A stretch of DNA of 63,574 nucleotides, counting the filler, from Welwitschia mirabilis (Eukaryota), in the NCBI GenBank assembly GCA_051453625.1. It is 5 parts of one record of this genome, joined end to end, with 100 filler letters (N's around TTAATTAATTAA, not from the genome) between each part and the next. Parts side by side here need not be neighbours in the genome. Positions count along the whole stretch, not along the records: positions 45,431 to 52,779 come from JBOZIK010000001.1; positions 52,880 to 61,713 come from JBOZIK010000001.1; positions 61,814 to 63,574 come from JBOZIK010000001.1; 2 more parts are not named here. One strand, given 5' to 3'. The notes under the pieces were generated by a model. The model was not told the origin of the DNA. It did not search any database and saw only the letters and a list, made by a program, of their open reading frames with translations. Position numbers and translations under genes: made by a program. Positions 51,597 to 63,574 of the stretch are shown here, piece by piece. Each line of letters begins with the position of its first letter. The stretch's first letter is position 1.

Positions 51597-52779
51597 AGTA
51601 TGAAATTTGGAATACCATCAACTCTATGAAAAAGAATAAGGTGTTAGGGCCTGATGGATTCACTATAGAGTTCTATCAAACTTTTTGGGATATTATCAAA
51701 GTCGATGTTTGTAATGCCATCCAAGAAATGTTCGAGAAAAGTACCTTTTACAAACCTTTCAATGATACACTTATCACCTTATTCCCAAAACAGAAGATGC
51801 AGAAAGTCGTCACCAATACAGGCCAATCAGTCTTTGTAATGTTTTCTATAAGATTGCACTAAGATTATTGCAGACAGGTTAAAAGTGCTTCTCCCAGATA
51901 CGGTCTTCCCATCTCAAAACAGTTTTGTTTCAGGAAGAGTTATCCACAATAACATAATCCTCACTGATGCATTCCTTCATTTGCATCACAGAAGAAACAN
52001 NNNNNNNNNNNNNNNNNNNNNNNNNNNNNNNNNNNNNNNNNNNNNNNNNNNNNNNNNNNNNNNNNNNNNNNNNNNNNNNNNNNNNNNNNNNNNNNNNNNC
52101 ACAATAACATAATCCTCACTGATGCATTCCTTCATCTGCATCACAGAAGAAACAAACTTGCAATGTTCCTTAAGCGTAATATAGCTAAAGCATTTGATAC
52201 GGTCCACTGGGAAACAATAGACTATGTATTACAGTAGCACGATGTACCCGTGCTCCTCAAGCGTCTAATTCACTTTTATATCTCGACGCCAACCTTCTCT
52301 GTTATGGTCAATGGGAAGAGATACAGCTACTTGCAGGGTAATAGCAGCCTGCATCAAGATGACCCCCTTTCTTTGAGTCCTTTTGTTCTGGTGATGCATT
52401 CTTAGCCAAACNNNNNNNNNNNNNNNNNNNNNNNNNNNNNNNNNNNNNNNNNNNNNNNCATATCCCATCCTTCAGTTCACAGATGACACTCTCCTATGCC
52501 TAGACTCTAGCCTTCCCATGGCAAGGCAAACTCGCAATTTGGACTTACAATAAATTGACACAAATCAAAAACTCTTCCTCAACAACACTCCCCGAGCAAG
52601 GAAGACAATTATTTCTTAGGTTTTCCAATGCTTGCAAGCCATGTTTCCTGATGCCTATCTTCGTCTTCCTTTTAATTCAAATCAGATTGTTGATAACATT
52701 TGGCCTCATTTGGTGAAGAAAATTGTAGCTCGATTAACTAGATGGGACAACAAGTTCTTATCGAGTGCAGGGAAAGTTC
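51597..52779 (+). mobile_element. L1-clade LINE reverse transcriptase fragment, a different family from copies 1-3
   Basis: KNKVLGPDGFTIEFYQTFWDII, FNDTLITLFPK, QNSFVSGRVIHNNI, KAFDTVHW, LHQDDPLS, LQFTDDTLL and WDNKFLSSAGKV. Confidence 0.92.
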
Positions 52780-52879
52780 NNNNNNNNNNNNNNNNNNNNN
52801 NNNNNNNNNNNNNNNNNNNNNNNTTAATTAATTAANNNNNNNNNNNNNNNNNNNNNNNNNNNNNNNNNNNNNNNNNNNN

Positions 52880-55800
52880 TTATGTGATGTATATGTTTTT
52901 AGTTATTTTTAGGATTTGTTTAAGGATGTAATGATTGGACAAATATACACCACAACATTTTCGCATTGTTGCCAAGGAAGAATGCTTGGAGTTTGAGGAT
53001 TGTAATTACTTAGATAAGTAGTTTAAATTTTAGTTTACGTATTTGTCTATAGTGATGTTATGTTCTTATAGTAGAAATTTAGGTTTTTCTTTTCACATTT
53101 TCTAATTTATGTTTTGAAAATAATGCACTGTCGTCTTCCTTGTTGTTTAGAAAACTTGTGGTAACAATGGTTTATGAAATTTAGGGCTTTTTATTTTTAA
53201 AGGAATTATGGTTTTTCTTATCATCCCATCTATCATCTAGATGACTCGTAGAATGACTATGAATTTTGTTTCTATGTTATTTTGTGATTCTATTTTTCTA
53301 TGTTTTTTATTTTTTGTTTTTTTTGTGTTTTCTATTGTCTAGGTATGTCATCCAAATAACTATAGAGACAAAGCTTAGAAAAACAAAATTGAGCATGATG
53401 GAACATAGTAAAATTGGGTAAAAAAATGAAGTATCAAATGGAGTGGTTGTTGATTAAAGAAAACATCCGAGAAAGTTTGATTAACTATGAAATAAACCCA
53501 GGTACACACGCCTTAGGTGCATAAAATATTTAAGAATTAAGCAAGAAGATTTTTCTACATTTATGATTTCTGAATATGATTTTTTTCAAAGAAAATTTTT
53601 CATTTAGAAAAAAATCATTTTATTATAGTGTTGAATTCTATGTAAAAAAAAAAAATAAGTAGCTTCACCTAATCCTTTTATCATGATTGAAAGCTCTACT
53701 ACCTCATACATCCAAATGCTAATGTAAGTTTTAAAGAACTAANNNNNNNNNNNNNNNNNNNNNNNNNNNNNNNNNNNNNNNNNNNNNNNNNNNNNNNNNN
53801 NNNNNNNNNNNNNNNNNNNNNNNNNNNNNNNNNNNNNNNNNNNNNNNNNNNNNNNNNNNNNNNNNNNNNNNNNNNNNNNNNNNNNNNNNNNNNNNNNNNN
53901 NNNNNNNNNNNNNNNNNNNNNNNNNNNNNNNNNNNNNNNNNNNNNNNNNNNNNNNNNNNNNNNNNNNNNNNNNNNNNNNNNNNNNNNNNNNNNNNNNNNN
54001 NNNNNNNNNNNNNNNNNNNNNNNNNNNNNNNNNNNNNNNNNNNNNNNNNNNNNNNNNNNNNNNNNNNNNNAAAAATAAATAAAGAGGTAACAAATTTCCA
54101 ACAATAATCTAGTGAAGATTATACCTCCACTTATAAATGATTTTTCATTTCAATACACTCTAATCCCATAGATGAGTTCACTCAAGAATAATTAGTAGAT
54201 TATTTCTATAGTGGACTTATAGCCAAACCAAATAACTTGTACATGTTTCATGTATAGGAAATTTAATAAATTTCATATTAGAAAATACATGAAGATTGTT
54301 GGAAAAACTATTAGAAGTAATTCAAACACGATCTAAACCCATACCTAAATAAAATCGTATTATAAACTAAATCATAAACATTCTTAAAGAAGTAAAACAA
54401 GAAAAAGATAAAGTAAAAACCAAAAAGAACCAAAAAATATCTTTAAATATTTCACAACAACATTAGAAAAATATACTCAAATGATTTTAGATGCAAAAGT
54501 GGTAGCTGAAAAGAATGTAATTTTGACTCATGATTTATGTGAAGACAACTATTATGTGACTAAAAAATTTCCTTTATTGTCAACTTTCAAAGAGAAAACT
54601 TATGAAGAGGTGTGTGAATTCAACTAGAAGTCTTTAAACCTTAGAAATCAAAACCAAAATCAAAATCAATTTCAACCTAGAATAAATGAACAACCTAGTT
54701 TTTAATATTTTGAGAAAAAATTCAAAAAGTTTCAAGCAAATCATACAAATTTTTAACCATTTATAAATATATTTGAGAATGCTAACTTTTAAACAAATAA
54801 CTCAAAGTTTCAATCATGTAGCTTCAAATGTCAAGCAAGCATATGAAATTCTCAAAACCAAAATGATCCACATAGAACTTACATTGATAAATTAAGAAAA
54901 TATTAAGAAAAGACAATTCAAACATTAAAAATATTATTAATCTTCTTCAATAAACTATGCTTGCAAATCGAAGACCACAAGGCTCACTTGCAATACAATA
55001 TTCACTAGAACCTAATGAAGTAAGAAAAGATTGTAAAGTTATGATAAGAAGTGGAAATGAAATAACACCTCATACCCATGAGGCTTCAACTTCATAAAAT
55101 GATAAAAATAATTAAAAAAAGAGGATATTAAAATATTAGAAAATCATACTTTTCCTTGTCCCTTAAGTGATAAGCTTAACAAGAAAAATTCTTCTCAAGA
55201 TAAAGGAAACGAACCTGCTATCCCTTAGCTTAATAGATTAAATGTCAATCCTACCTTTGAAGATCATCTTAAAGCCTTAATTCAAAATGTAATAAAAATT
55301 TACCATTTTAAAAACTGTTGTAATAAAATCCTAAATATTCTAAGTTGGGAAAAGATCTAATTAGAAGGAAATAAAAATAAACCATACCTAGTAAAGCCTT
55401 CCTAACCTAATCTATAACTAATTTAATTTTGCAAAATATCCAAAATTTAAGGATCCAGGGGCAGCAACAGTTAGTGTCATATTAGATATAGGAGTGAGTG
55501 TTAACATTATGTCTTTATAGATTTCTTAATGACTTGGCTTAGAAAATAGAATTAAGCTTATACATATTGTCTTAGAATTAGTAAATACATCAGTAAAGAA
55601 ACATTTATAAATAATAAAAGATTTACTAATACAAATTAAAGAAGTATTCTATCCAATAGATGTGATTNNNNNNNNNNNNNNNNNNNNNNNNNNNNNNNNN
55701 NNNNNNNNNNNNNNNNNNNNNNNNNNNNNNNNNNNNNNNNNNNNNNNNNNNNNNNNNNNNNNNNNNNAAATAATAAAAGATTTAGTAATAAAACTTAAAG

Positions 55801-58800
55801 AAGTATTCTATCCAATAGATGTGATTCTAATTGAAGTTAAGCATAATGAAGGTTATCCACTACTTATAAGTAGAGAATTTTGTATAATAGCCCATTGTAT
55901 TATTGATACAAGAAGTGAAATGATGGAATTTCATTGAGGAAATAAAAATTTTACCATTAGAGGTTCTAATGCTACTAAGAAATACCTAGGTGATGAGTTG
56001 AATATTAAAGAAAAAATTAAGCCAAAATAGTTTTTACAGCATCATCTACTTAAACGGAGATGCTTTGTAACCCTATCTTGTTTAATGATCCACTTAAAGT
56101 AGAAAACTTAAAAGATTTTAATGATGGTAAAGTAAATTATGATAATTTAGGAAATAACTATTTTTATAAGAAGACTAAAGAAACTGAAACTACAATCTAT
56201 AAAGAAGTTCAACATATGAAAGCAACTAAGATTTCATATTTTGAGGGAGGTCATCCACCACTATTGTCCAAATTATTGTCTAAGATGACATTCAACTTTG
56301 ATAAAAAATTAGCAGAGACAGAAAATTTGAATTTAAATTTAAAACCTTTACCAAGTGGACTAAACTATATCTTTTTATGTTATGATCAAAATTAATCACT
56401 TATAATAAATGAGAATATTTTCCCTTAATAAGAATTGATTTTAATTTCACCTTTGAATACCAAGGTTAATGCATTTGCTTGGACCCATAGAGACTTAACA
56501 ACCATTTCTACTTCCATTATTCAACATAAAATCTACATTGAAGATAATGTAAAACCTATTAGGTAACACAACTTCGACTAAATTCATCCCTGAAAAATTT
56601 CATAAAGAAAGAAATCATTAAATTAATGGATGTTAAAATTATTTATGCCATATCTAATAGTGAGTGGATTAGCCCTTTCATAGTTGTANNNNNNNNNNGA
56701 AATACCGTTGCCCTTTACCTTTTCTTAACCAAATACTTGATAAAATTGAAGGAAATTCCTTTTATTGATTTCTTGATAGGTATAGTAGCTACAATTAGAT
56801 TTGTATAGCTAGTGAGGATCAAGCTAAAATATATTTCACTTTATCTTTTGAAACATTTACTTTTAGATGCATGCCTTTTTAACTTTGTAATACCCCTGGT
56901 ACTTTTCAACATGTTATGATGGGTATCTTTTCTAATATGTTAGAGGATTTAATTAAAATTTTTATGAATAATTTCTTAATCTATGGTAAAAACTTTGAAC
57001 AAATCTTAAAAAGGTTAGACAAAGTCCTTAATAGATGCATTGAGAGTGGCCTACATTTGAGTTGANNNNNNNNNNNNNNNNNNNNNNNNNNNNNNNNNNN
57101 NNNNNNNNNNNNNNNNNNNNNNNNNNNNNNNNNNNNNNNNNNNNNNNNNNNNNNNNNNNNNNNNNTAAATGAAAATATTTTTTCTTAATAAGAATTGATT
57201 TTAATTTCACTTTTGAATACCAAGATTAATGCATTTGCTTGGACCCATAAAGATTTAACAACCATTTCTACTTCCATTATTCAACATAAAATCTACGTTG
57301 AAGATAATGTAAAACCTATTAGGTAACCCTAACTTCGACTAAATTCAGCCCTGAAAAATATTATAAAGAAAGAAATCATTAAATTAATGGATGTTAAAAT
57401 TATTTGTGCCATATCTGATAGTGAGTGGATTAGCCCTTTGATAGTTGTACCTAAGAAAGATGGAAAGTTGAGAATGTGTATTAATTTTAGAAATATTACT
57501 AAAGTAATGAAGAAATACCATTGCTCTTTACCTTTTCTTAACCAAATACTTGATAGAATTGAAGGAAATTCCTTTTATTAATTTCTTAATAGGTATAGTA
57601 GCTACAATTAGGTTTGTATAGCTAGTGAGGATCAAGGTAAAATAGATTTCACTTTATCTTTTGGAACATTTACTTTTAGATGCATGCCTTTTTAACTTTG
57701 CAATACCCTTGGTACTTTTCAACATGTTATGATGGGTATCTTTTCTAATATGTTAGAATATTTAATTAAAAATTTTATGAATAATTTCTTAATCTATGGT
57801 AAAAACTTTGAATAAATCTTAAAAAGGTTAGACAAAGTCCTTAATAGATGCATTGAGAGTGGCTTACATTTGAGTTGAAAGAAGAGTTTCTTTTTAGTTG
57901 ACAATGAAATTATCTAAGATTACCACATTTTTAATAATGAAATTACGATGAACTCTAAAAAAGTAAGTATCATTAAGAACCTAACTCGTTCTACAAATGT
58001 AAAACAAGTTTTATCTTTTCTTAGTTATCATGATTTTTATTATAATTGATTTAGGATTATGCTAAAATTTATAAATCCCTTCACTTATTACTTAAAAAAG
58101 AAGATAAATTTAAGTGGATTGAATCNNNNNNNNNNNNNNNNNNNNACTTAAAATCTCTTCTGCATTATTATAATGAGACATAATTAGAATAAAGATTTTG
58201 AGTTAATGTGTGATGCTAGTAATATTATTATGGGTGGGGTTCTTGGATAAATGTATAAAAATGATTTCAAAATCATATTTTAGCATAGAAAAACTTTATC
58301 TAAAGCTTAAATAAATTATACTATTACTGAGAAAGAAATATTAGCTATAATATTTTACCTTGATACTCTTAGATACTATCTTTTAGAATTTTATACAATT
58401 GTTTATACTAACCATATAGCTATTAGATAGCTCATGATCAAGAAAGATTATAATGATTTAATTATCGATGGATCCTCCTCATGCAAGAATTTAATCTTAC
58501 CATCATTGATAAAGTAAGAAAACATAACAAAATAATAGATCATTTTTCATATCTTTCTTTCTCTCTTGATAATTTTATGATTAATGNNNNNNNNNNNNNN
58601 NNNNNNNNNNNNNNNNNNNNNNNNNNNNNNNNNNNNNNNNNNNNNNNNAATTATCTTATTACCATGAAAACACCACAACTTTAGAGTGATAGTCAAAGAA
58701 AATATTTTCTCCATAGGATAGATGATTATGAATGGATAGAACCACCTGTTTACCATAGGTGGAAGGACTAAATCATTTGAAAATATCTACCCAAATGGGA

Positions 58801-60450
58801 AAAATTAGACATCCTTTATCTTTGACATAGTGGTATTTATGAAGGTTATTTTAGTGAATAGAAAACAAAAATGAAAGTTCTCCACTCTAGTTATTATTGG
58901 CCTACTCTTTCTTAGAACTCTTTTGATTTTGTTAGAAGGTGTTATGTTTGTCAACATTATGGTACCTTATTCATTCTTACAATATGCCTCTTAGATCTAT
59001 TCTTGAATGTAAACCTTTTAATGATTGGGGAGTTGATTTTATAGGCCCTATTAAACCACCTTATAATGAGAATAGCTACATTTTAGTTACTATTAATTAT
59101 GTTATTATATTGGTTGAAGCTATTTCTACTTTTATGAATGATTCCCTAACTATTTATACTTTTGTTAGAACTTATATTTTTCAATGTTTTGGTTTTCTTA
59201 AAATTATCATTAGTGATTGATGAACTTATTTTATTAATTANNNNNNNNNNNNNNNNNNNNNNNNNNNNNNNNNNNNNNNNNNNNNNNNNNNNNNNNNNNN
59301 NNNNNNNNNNNNNNNNNNNNNNNNNNNNNNNNNNNNNNNNNNNNNNNNNNNNNNNNNNNNNNNNNNNNNNNNNNNNNNNNNNNNNNNNNNNNNNNNNNNN
59401 NNNNNNNNNNNNNNNNNNNNNNNNNNNNNNNNNNNNNNNNNNNNNNNNNNNNNNNNNNNNNNNNNNNNNNNNNNNNNNNNNNNNNNNNNNNNNNNNNNNN
59501 NNNNNNNNNNNNNNNNNNNNNNNNNNNNNNNNNNNNNNNNNNNNNNNNNNNNNNNNNNNNNNNNNNNNNNNNNNNNNNNNNNNNNNNNNNNNNNNNNNNN
59601 NNNNNNNNNNNNNNNNNNNNNNNNNNNNNNNNNNNNNNNNNNNNNNNNNNNNNNNNNNNNNNNNNNNNNNNNNNNNNNNNNNNNNNNNNNNNNNNNNNNN
59701 NNNNNNNNNNNNNNNNNNNNNNNNNNNNNNNNNNNNNNNNNNNNNNNNNNNNNNNNNNNNNNNNNNNNNNNNNNNNNNNNNNNNNNNNNNNNNNNNNNNN
59801 NNNNNNNNNNNNNNNNNNNNNNNNNNNNNNNNAAAAAATGCTATAAAGAATTCTCTTTATTAATAAGAAATCTTGGGCTTCTAAGATTAATGATGTTCTT
59901 TAGGCTTATCATTCTACTTGACATAATTTTCTTGGTTTCTTACTTTATAAACTTGTGTATAGAAAAGTTTATTATTTACCAGTTGATGTGTGTTAGAACT
60001 CTTATCATTTTTTTCATCAACTTAATTTTGTTGATCTTCATGGAAATCTTAAAAATATATTAGTCTAACTTAATCAACTATATGAAAAAAATACTTATGC
60101 TATACATCAAAAACTCATTCTCAAAGCCCAAGCTAAGTTAAAAAATGATAGAAAGTTACTTCATAAAAAGTTCAAACCTAGTCAACTTGTTCTTCTATAA
60201 AATAATAGAGTGCATCTTTTACATAATAAGTTGACCCCTAAATGGTTAGGTTCTTATCTTATAAATAAAATACATTCTAATGGCTCCATTAAGATTTTCA
60301 ACTTAAACATTAAGGAGATTTAAAAAGTTAATGGACAAAGGTTAAAAATATATGACAAACCTTTCGATGTAACCTTGAACATAATAGAAGCAACTATATT
60401 GGAGGTTCCCCTCAATGGGGAGGACTTTTTCCCTACCATTATCTAAATTA
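52880..60450 (+). mobile_element. Athila-type Gypsy retrotransposon, decayed (LTR end, PBS, gag, PR, RT, RH, INT)
   Basis: LTR end CACAACA (52957). PBS TCGCATTGTTGCCAAGGA (52961-52978), similar to the Athila TGGCGCCGTTGCCGGGGA. gag LVDYFYSGL. PR KDPG..LDIGVSVNIM (~55450). RT SEWISPLIVVPKK and FMNNF. RH FELMCDAS and NYTITEKEILAI. INT WGVDFIGP and KVNGQRLKIY (~60350). Confidence 0.93.
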
Positions 60451-60589
60451 TCTCTTAGCTTATACCTTTGATGGATGTTATGATGTCACTTTATCATCTT
60501 TAACTTGACTTATGTGTTTATTTTGTGAAGTTTTCATGACTAGTATCTATACTTGGGCGTTTTTATAGTGATAAGATTAAATTAATCTA

Positions 60590-61713
60590 ATTTGCATAAA
60601 TCCCTAGAAAAACTTATCAATAGGACCTAAAAATGTACTTCACAAGTGTATTTAATAGGTTAAGTTGGCATCAAAACATAGCCCCTCACTTAGCATTTAT
60701 CAGTCCCTAACAAAGTAAGTAAATAACAAGTTATGAGCCAACTGATGAAAAGAAACTCAAAATATGTATATCATTTAGAATTAAGAGTAAAACATGTAAA
60801 ATACATTTATAAAAAAGCATAAGTAAAATTTATGTATATTATAAATAATTAAGTTTAACATCATAGAAATTTTTCATAAGTTATGAAGAAAAGGTAAAGT
60901 AGAGTACGATTTCATGATTACAAGTTTAAGTGATAGAAGAGGTTATAAAAAGGGAGATTGTTAAAGGAAATATGAGCATTAATACTATTATGCAAAAGAT
61001 GATCAAGGAAGAGGTCAATTTGATTTCATGCATAATAATCGAGTGATGAAAAATGTAACAAGTAGACTAGAAAATGATAAATTCATAAATATTATTTTGG
61101 AAGAGGTAAGAAAAATGACTTTGAGAAGACAAACCCACAAACTAAGATAAGACAAAAAGAAAAATGGACAAGATAGAACATAAATAATATTAAATTTTTG
61201 CCTAAAATTCAAACTTAGCAAATCTTCTTGGTAAGGGTTATAAAGATATTTGATATAGAAATGCATGTTTCAATGTAGAATACCATAGAGTACCATTCAA
61301 AAGGGTAGTGATGATGATAATATCTAGTGGTTATATTTAGTAAGGTATCAAGTTATGTTTGGACTATAGTTCAATCCATCTTTATCTATGACAACCATAA
61401 TAATTTGATAAGATATCATCTAATGATCAATATACTTATATGCTCTTAAAGTCTATGCCTCTAAGTGAAGGGAGTTTTTAGTCAATGGGGTATTAAACAA
61501 CACCATTCATAATGATGAAGGGAGTTTAACCACTGCCAAGAGAATAATGATGCCAAGAGAATAAGGACTTGTAAGCTAAAGCTAGATCATGACTAACTAA
61601 TCCTCTGGTGGAGTTCCCACAGCTACCATATCATACTACTAGAGGCCCCTCTTAGGAAAAATTACCCTGGTAAACTTGTGGTAGTACATCATGGTATAAT
61701 TGCAAGAGGGTAA
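60590..61713 (-). mobile_element. Second, diverged copy of the non-coding LTR element family seen at 27304-31226
   Basis: Shared blocks in the same order: CCTCACTTAGC(A/C)TTTATCAGTCC, CCATTCAA(A/T)A(G/A)GGTAGTG and TACCATAT(C/T)ATACTAC...GGAAAA(A)TT(A/TG)CCCT. PBS-like TTCCCACAGCTACCA at 61614-61628. Confidence 0.65.
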
Positions 61714-61813
61714 NNNNNNNNNNNNNNNNNNNNNNNNNNNNNNNNNNNNNNNNNNNNTTAATTAATTAANNNNNNNNNNNNNNNNNNNNNNNNNNNNNNN
61801 NNNNNNNNNNNNN

Positions 61814-61886
61814 AAAAAGTCGGCTTCATTAAGTCGGGGCTACTAGTCGCCCATGAGGCTACTAATCGCCTCCTTTTTAATCACTG
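61814..61886. mobile_element. Terminus of a hAT-family element related to 33168-41301
   Basis: Ends TTTAATCACTG (reverse complement CAGTGATTAAA) and carries CTAGTCGCC subterminal motifs like those at 41177-41301. Confidence 0.7.
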
Positions 61887-63387
61887 TTTTGGAACAATAA
61901 CAAATTGGAAGTTCTCCACCCACTGTTGTTTTCCATCACTAGACGAAGGCCTTGCAAAATCCTTCAATGTAGAGAGATCTTGTATCAAATTGTGGGAACA
62001 AACTTGATGCAACCAAACTGTATGTACAAAAAGTCCAATGCGACCAATTTGAATGAGTTCTACATCAATGTGTAAACTTACATAAGCTGAAAACTGGAAC
62101 AAAGCAATAAACAGGAGATTGGACAACTTGTGTTAGCATTATGTCATTATGTAATGCACCATGACTCTGCTCAAGAAGCGTCAAAGTGTGATAAGACCAT
62201 TCTCAACAACAAGACTGAGTTGTCTTGAAGGCTTAGCCTTGTCGAAGAAATCATCATTATGCATAAGCAGTGGACTGTTTGCCTTCATTTGTTCTTTCTT
62301 GTTACATTTTCAGCAAAGTGATTCACTTCTTTTTCCTTCTTGGAGCCTCCACCAATTTATAAAGTCTCAGCCCCAGATGAAGATCTACCATCTTAGAATG
62401 TCTTTCTTGCCTCATCTTGAAAACAACAGAAAAATTATTATAGTCCATGGTTGTAAATGTATTGGTGCTAATTGCTATGACTCCTTGTCTCCAACTTTTT
62501 AGATTCTTGTCTATCCATTCAGTGAAACTTTTGGTGAAGATGAACCTTGTTGCATGTATTCATAGCTCAAAAACACATGTCCATCTTCTTCCATAGAAGT
62601 TACTGTTGTATGCTTTTCTTGGTAGTAGAGCAAGATTGAATTAGCAATGCACCTTTGGACTAAGTCAAATGCCCTTTGATTTAGCCTTGACCATTCCTTA
62701 CTTGATAGAGACGACGCTGTACCAAAAAGAGTAGTGTCTGTCTTCTCTTGTACAAGAGCTCTGTAATTTTCATCTCCTGTACACCATAGTTCCTCCCATC
62801 AAACTTTTCAACAGTAGCCATAGTCATATGCATGGCTTCCACTAAATTAAGAATCTGCAATGGAAAAAAAACAATGAACTGTGACTTTAGGCAAATCCCT
62901 CTATCCTCCAAGTTCACACCAAACGTCTTTAGAGATTTGCACTAATCTCTATGCATGACAACTACATCTTAAACAGGTTGGAAAATCCTAGATTTGCCTT
63001 CTCTAGACTTCTACACTACCTCTAGGTTCATGCATGTGCTAACATCCAAGGATTGGAGCTCGACTCCCTGGTAACCTTGTTATGAAAAAGTTTACATGGA
63101 ACAACAATAAAAGCGACAAAAGCTAGAGCAACAAAAAAAGTCGAAAACAAGAAGAGCCACAAGACACACAAATTTATGTGCTAAAACTTCAAAGACAGTG
63201 GCAAACATGTATGAGAAAGGATGGAGTTTTAATACCAATCATGCAAATGAACTTGTCACAATTCTCAATGTGCAAGGATCCAAGCTGTTTAAATAGGGCT
63301 AGGGTTAACCCAAGCCAAGTTTGAAACCATAGATCTCACTCTTCATCCCTCCTAAGTCTTGCTTTATTCCAAATTTTATTTACAACA
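61887..63387 (-). mobile_element. Copia retrotransposon 5' part: LTR ~63078-63387, decayed gag and pre-integrase region
   Basis: MTMATVEKFDGRNYG..MKI (gag N-terminus), EWSRLNQRA, a decayed knuckle LC*KCNKK, and VWLHQVCSH..DGKQ (GAG-pre-integrase-like). LTR runs TGTTATG...ACAACA. Confidence 0.75.
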
Positions 63388-63574
63388 TGTAAATGGACTA
63401 CCAAGGGCTATCCTGATAAAAATTGGACACCTGAGGATGTCAAAATGAGATATAGGTAGCACAAGGCAGCAGCAGTTCTTCATTGGAGTTCTTATTGTTT
63501 TATCTCCTTTAAGAAAAATGTGACTCTTTTGGAACTGGAGATAACGAATAGGATTATTCTCAATTTGAAATCAG

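Noticed and set aside
10259-55827. Short direct repeats flanking gaps (10259/10378, 15721/16441, 29630/29810, 34660/34798, 51946/52100, 55610/55768)
   Set aside because: Their position at gap edges points to assembly overlaps or collapsed local repeats. They cannot be called real repeats without reads.
56408-57877. Tandem duplication of the Athila RT region (56408-57065 vs 57166-57877)
   Set aside because: The near-identical copies directly flank a 100-N gap, so this is most likely an unmerged contig or haplotype overlap, or a paralog mis-join.
15712-59863. Many 120-285 aa ORFs in the ORF track made mostly of X
   Set aside because: They are open only because they run through N gaps.
31227-61813. 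TTAATTAATTAA palindrome recurring four times (31271, 45375, 52824, 61758)
   Set aside because: Always centred in exactly 44+44 N. It is a synthetic six-frame-stop spacer used to join scaffolds, not biology.

Overview
This is AT-rich, heavily decayed plant nuclear DNA. It looks gymnosperm-like from the style of the TE proteins, but that is an inference. The window is five scaffolds joined by artificial 100-nt spacers (44N-TTAATTAATTAA-44N at 31227, 45331, 52780 and 61714). Nearly all of it is transposon debris: L1-clade LINEs, a Sirevirus-type Copia with both LTRs and a TSD, a non-coding LTR element, a hAT transposon holding a TRIM, an Athila-type Gypsy and Copia fragments. The only host gene is a four-exon internal block of bystin (BYSL/ENP1), present as an intact + copy and a broken - copy. 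The main discovery is a LINE family with a third ORF downstream of ORF2. That ORF encodes an N-terminal plant-transposon-type domain, a Pro/Ser linker and a C-terminal DnaJ J-domain. Three copies are present, one of them 5'-truncated with a poly(A) tail and TSD, which shows the J-domain ORF is mobilised as part of the element. A fourth, sequence-unrelated LINE-like 3' end also carries a decayed J-domain. All translations and alignments were done by eye and no searches were run.
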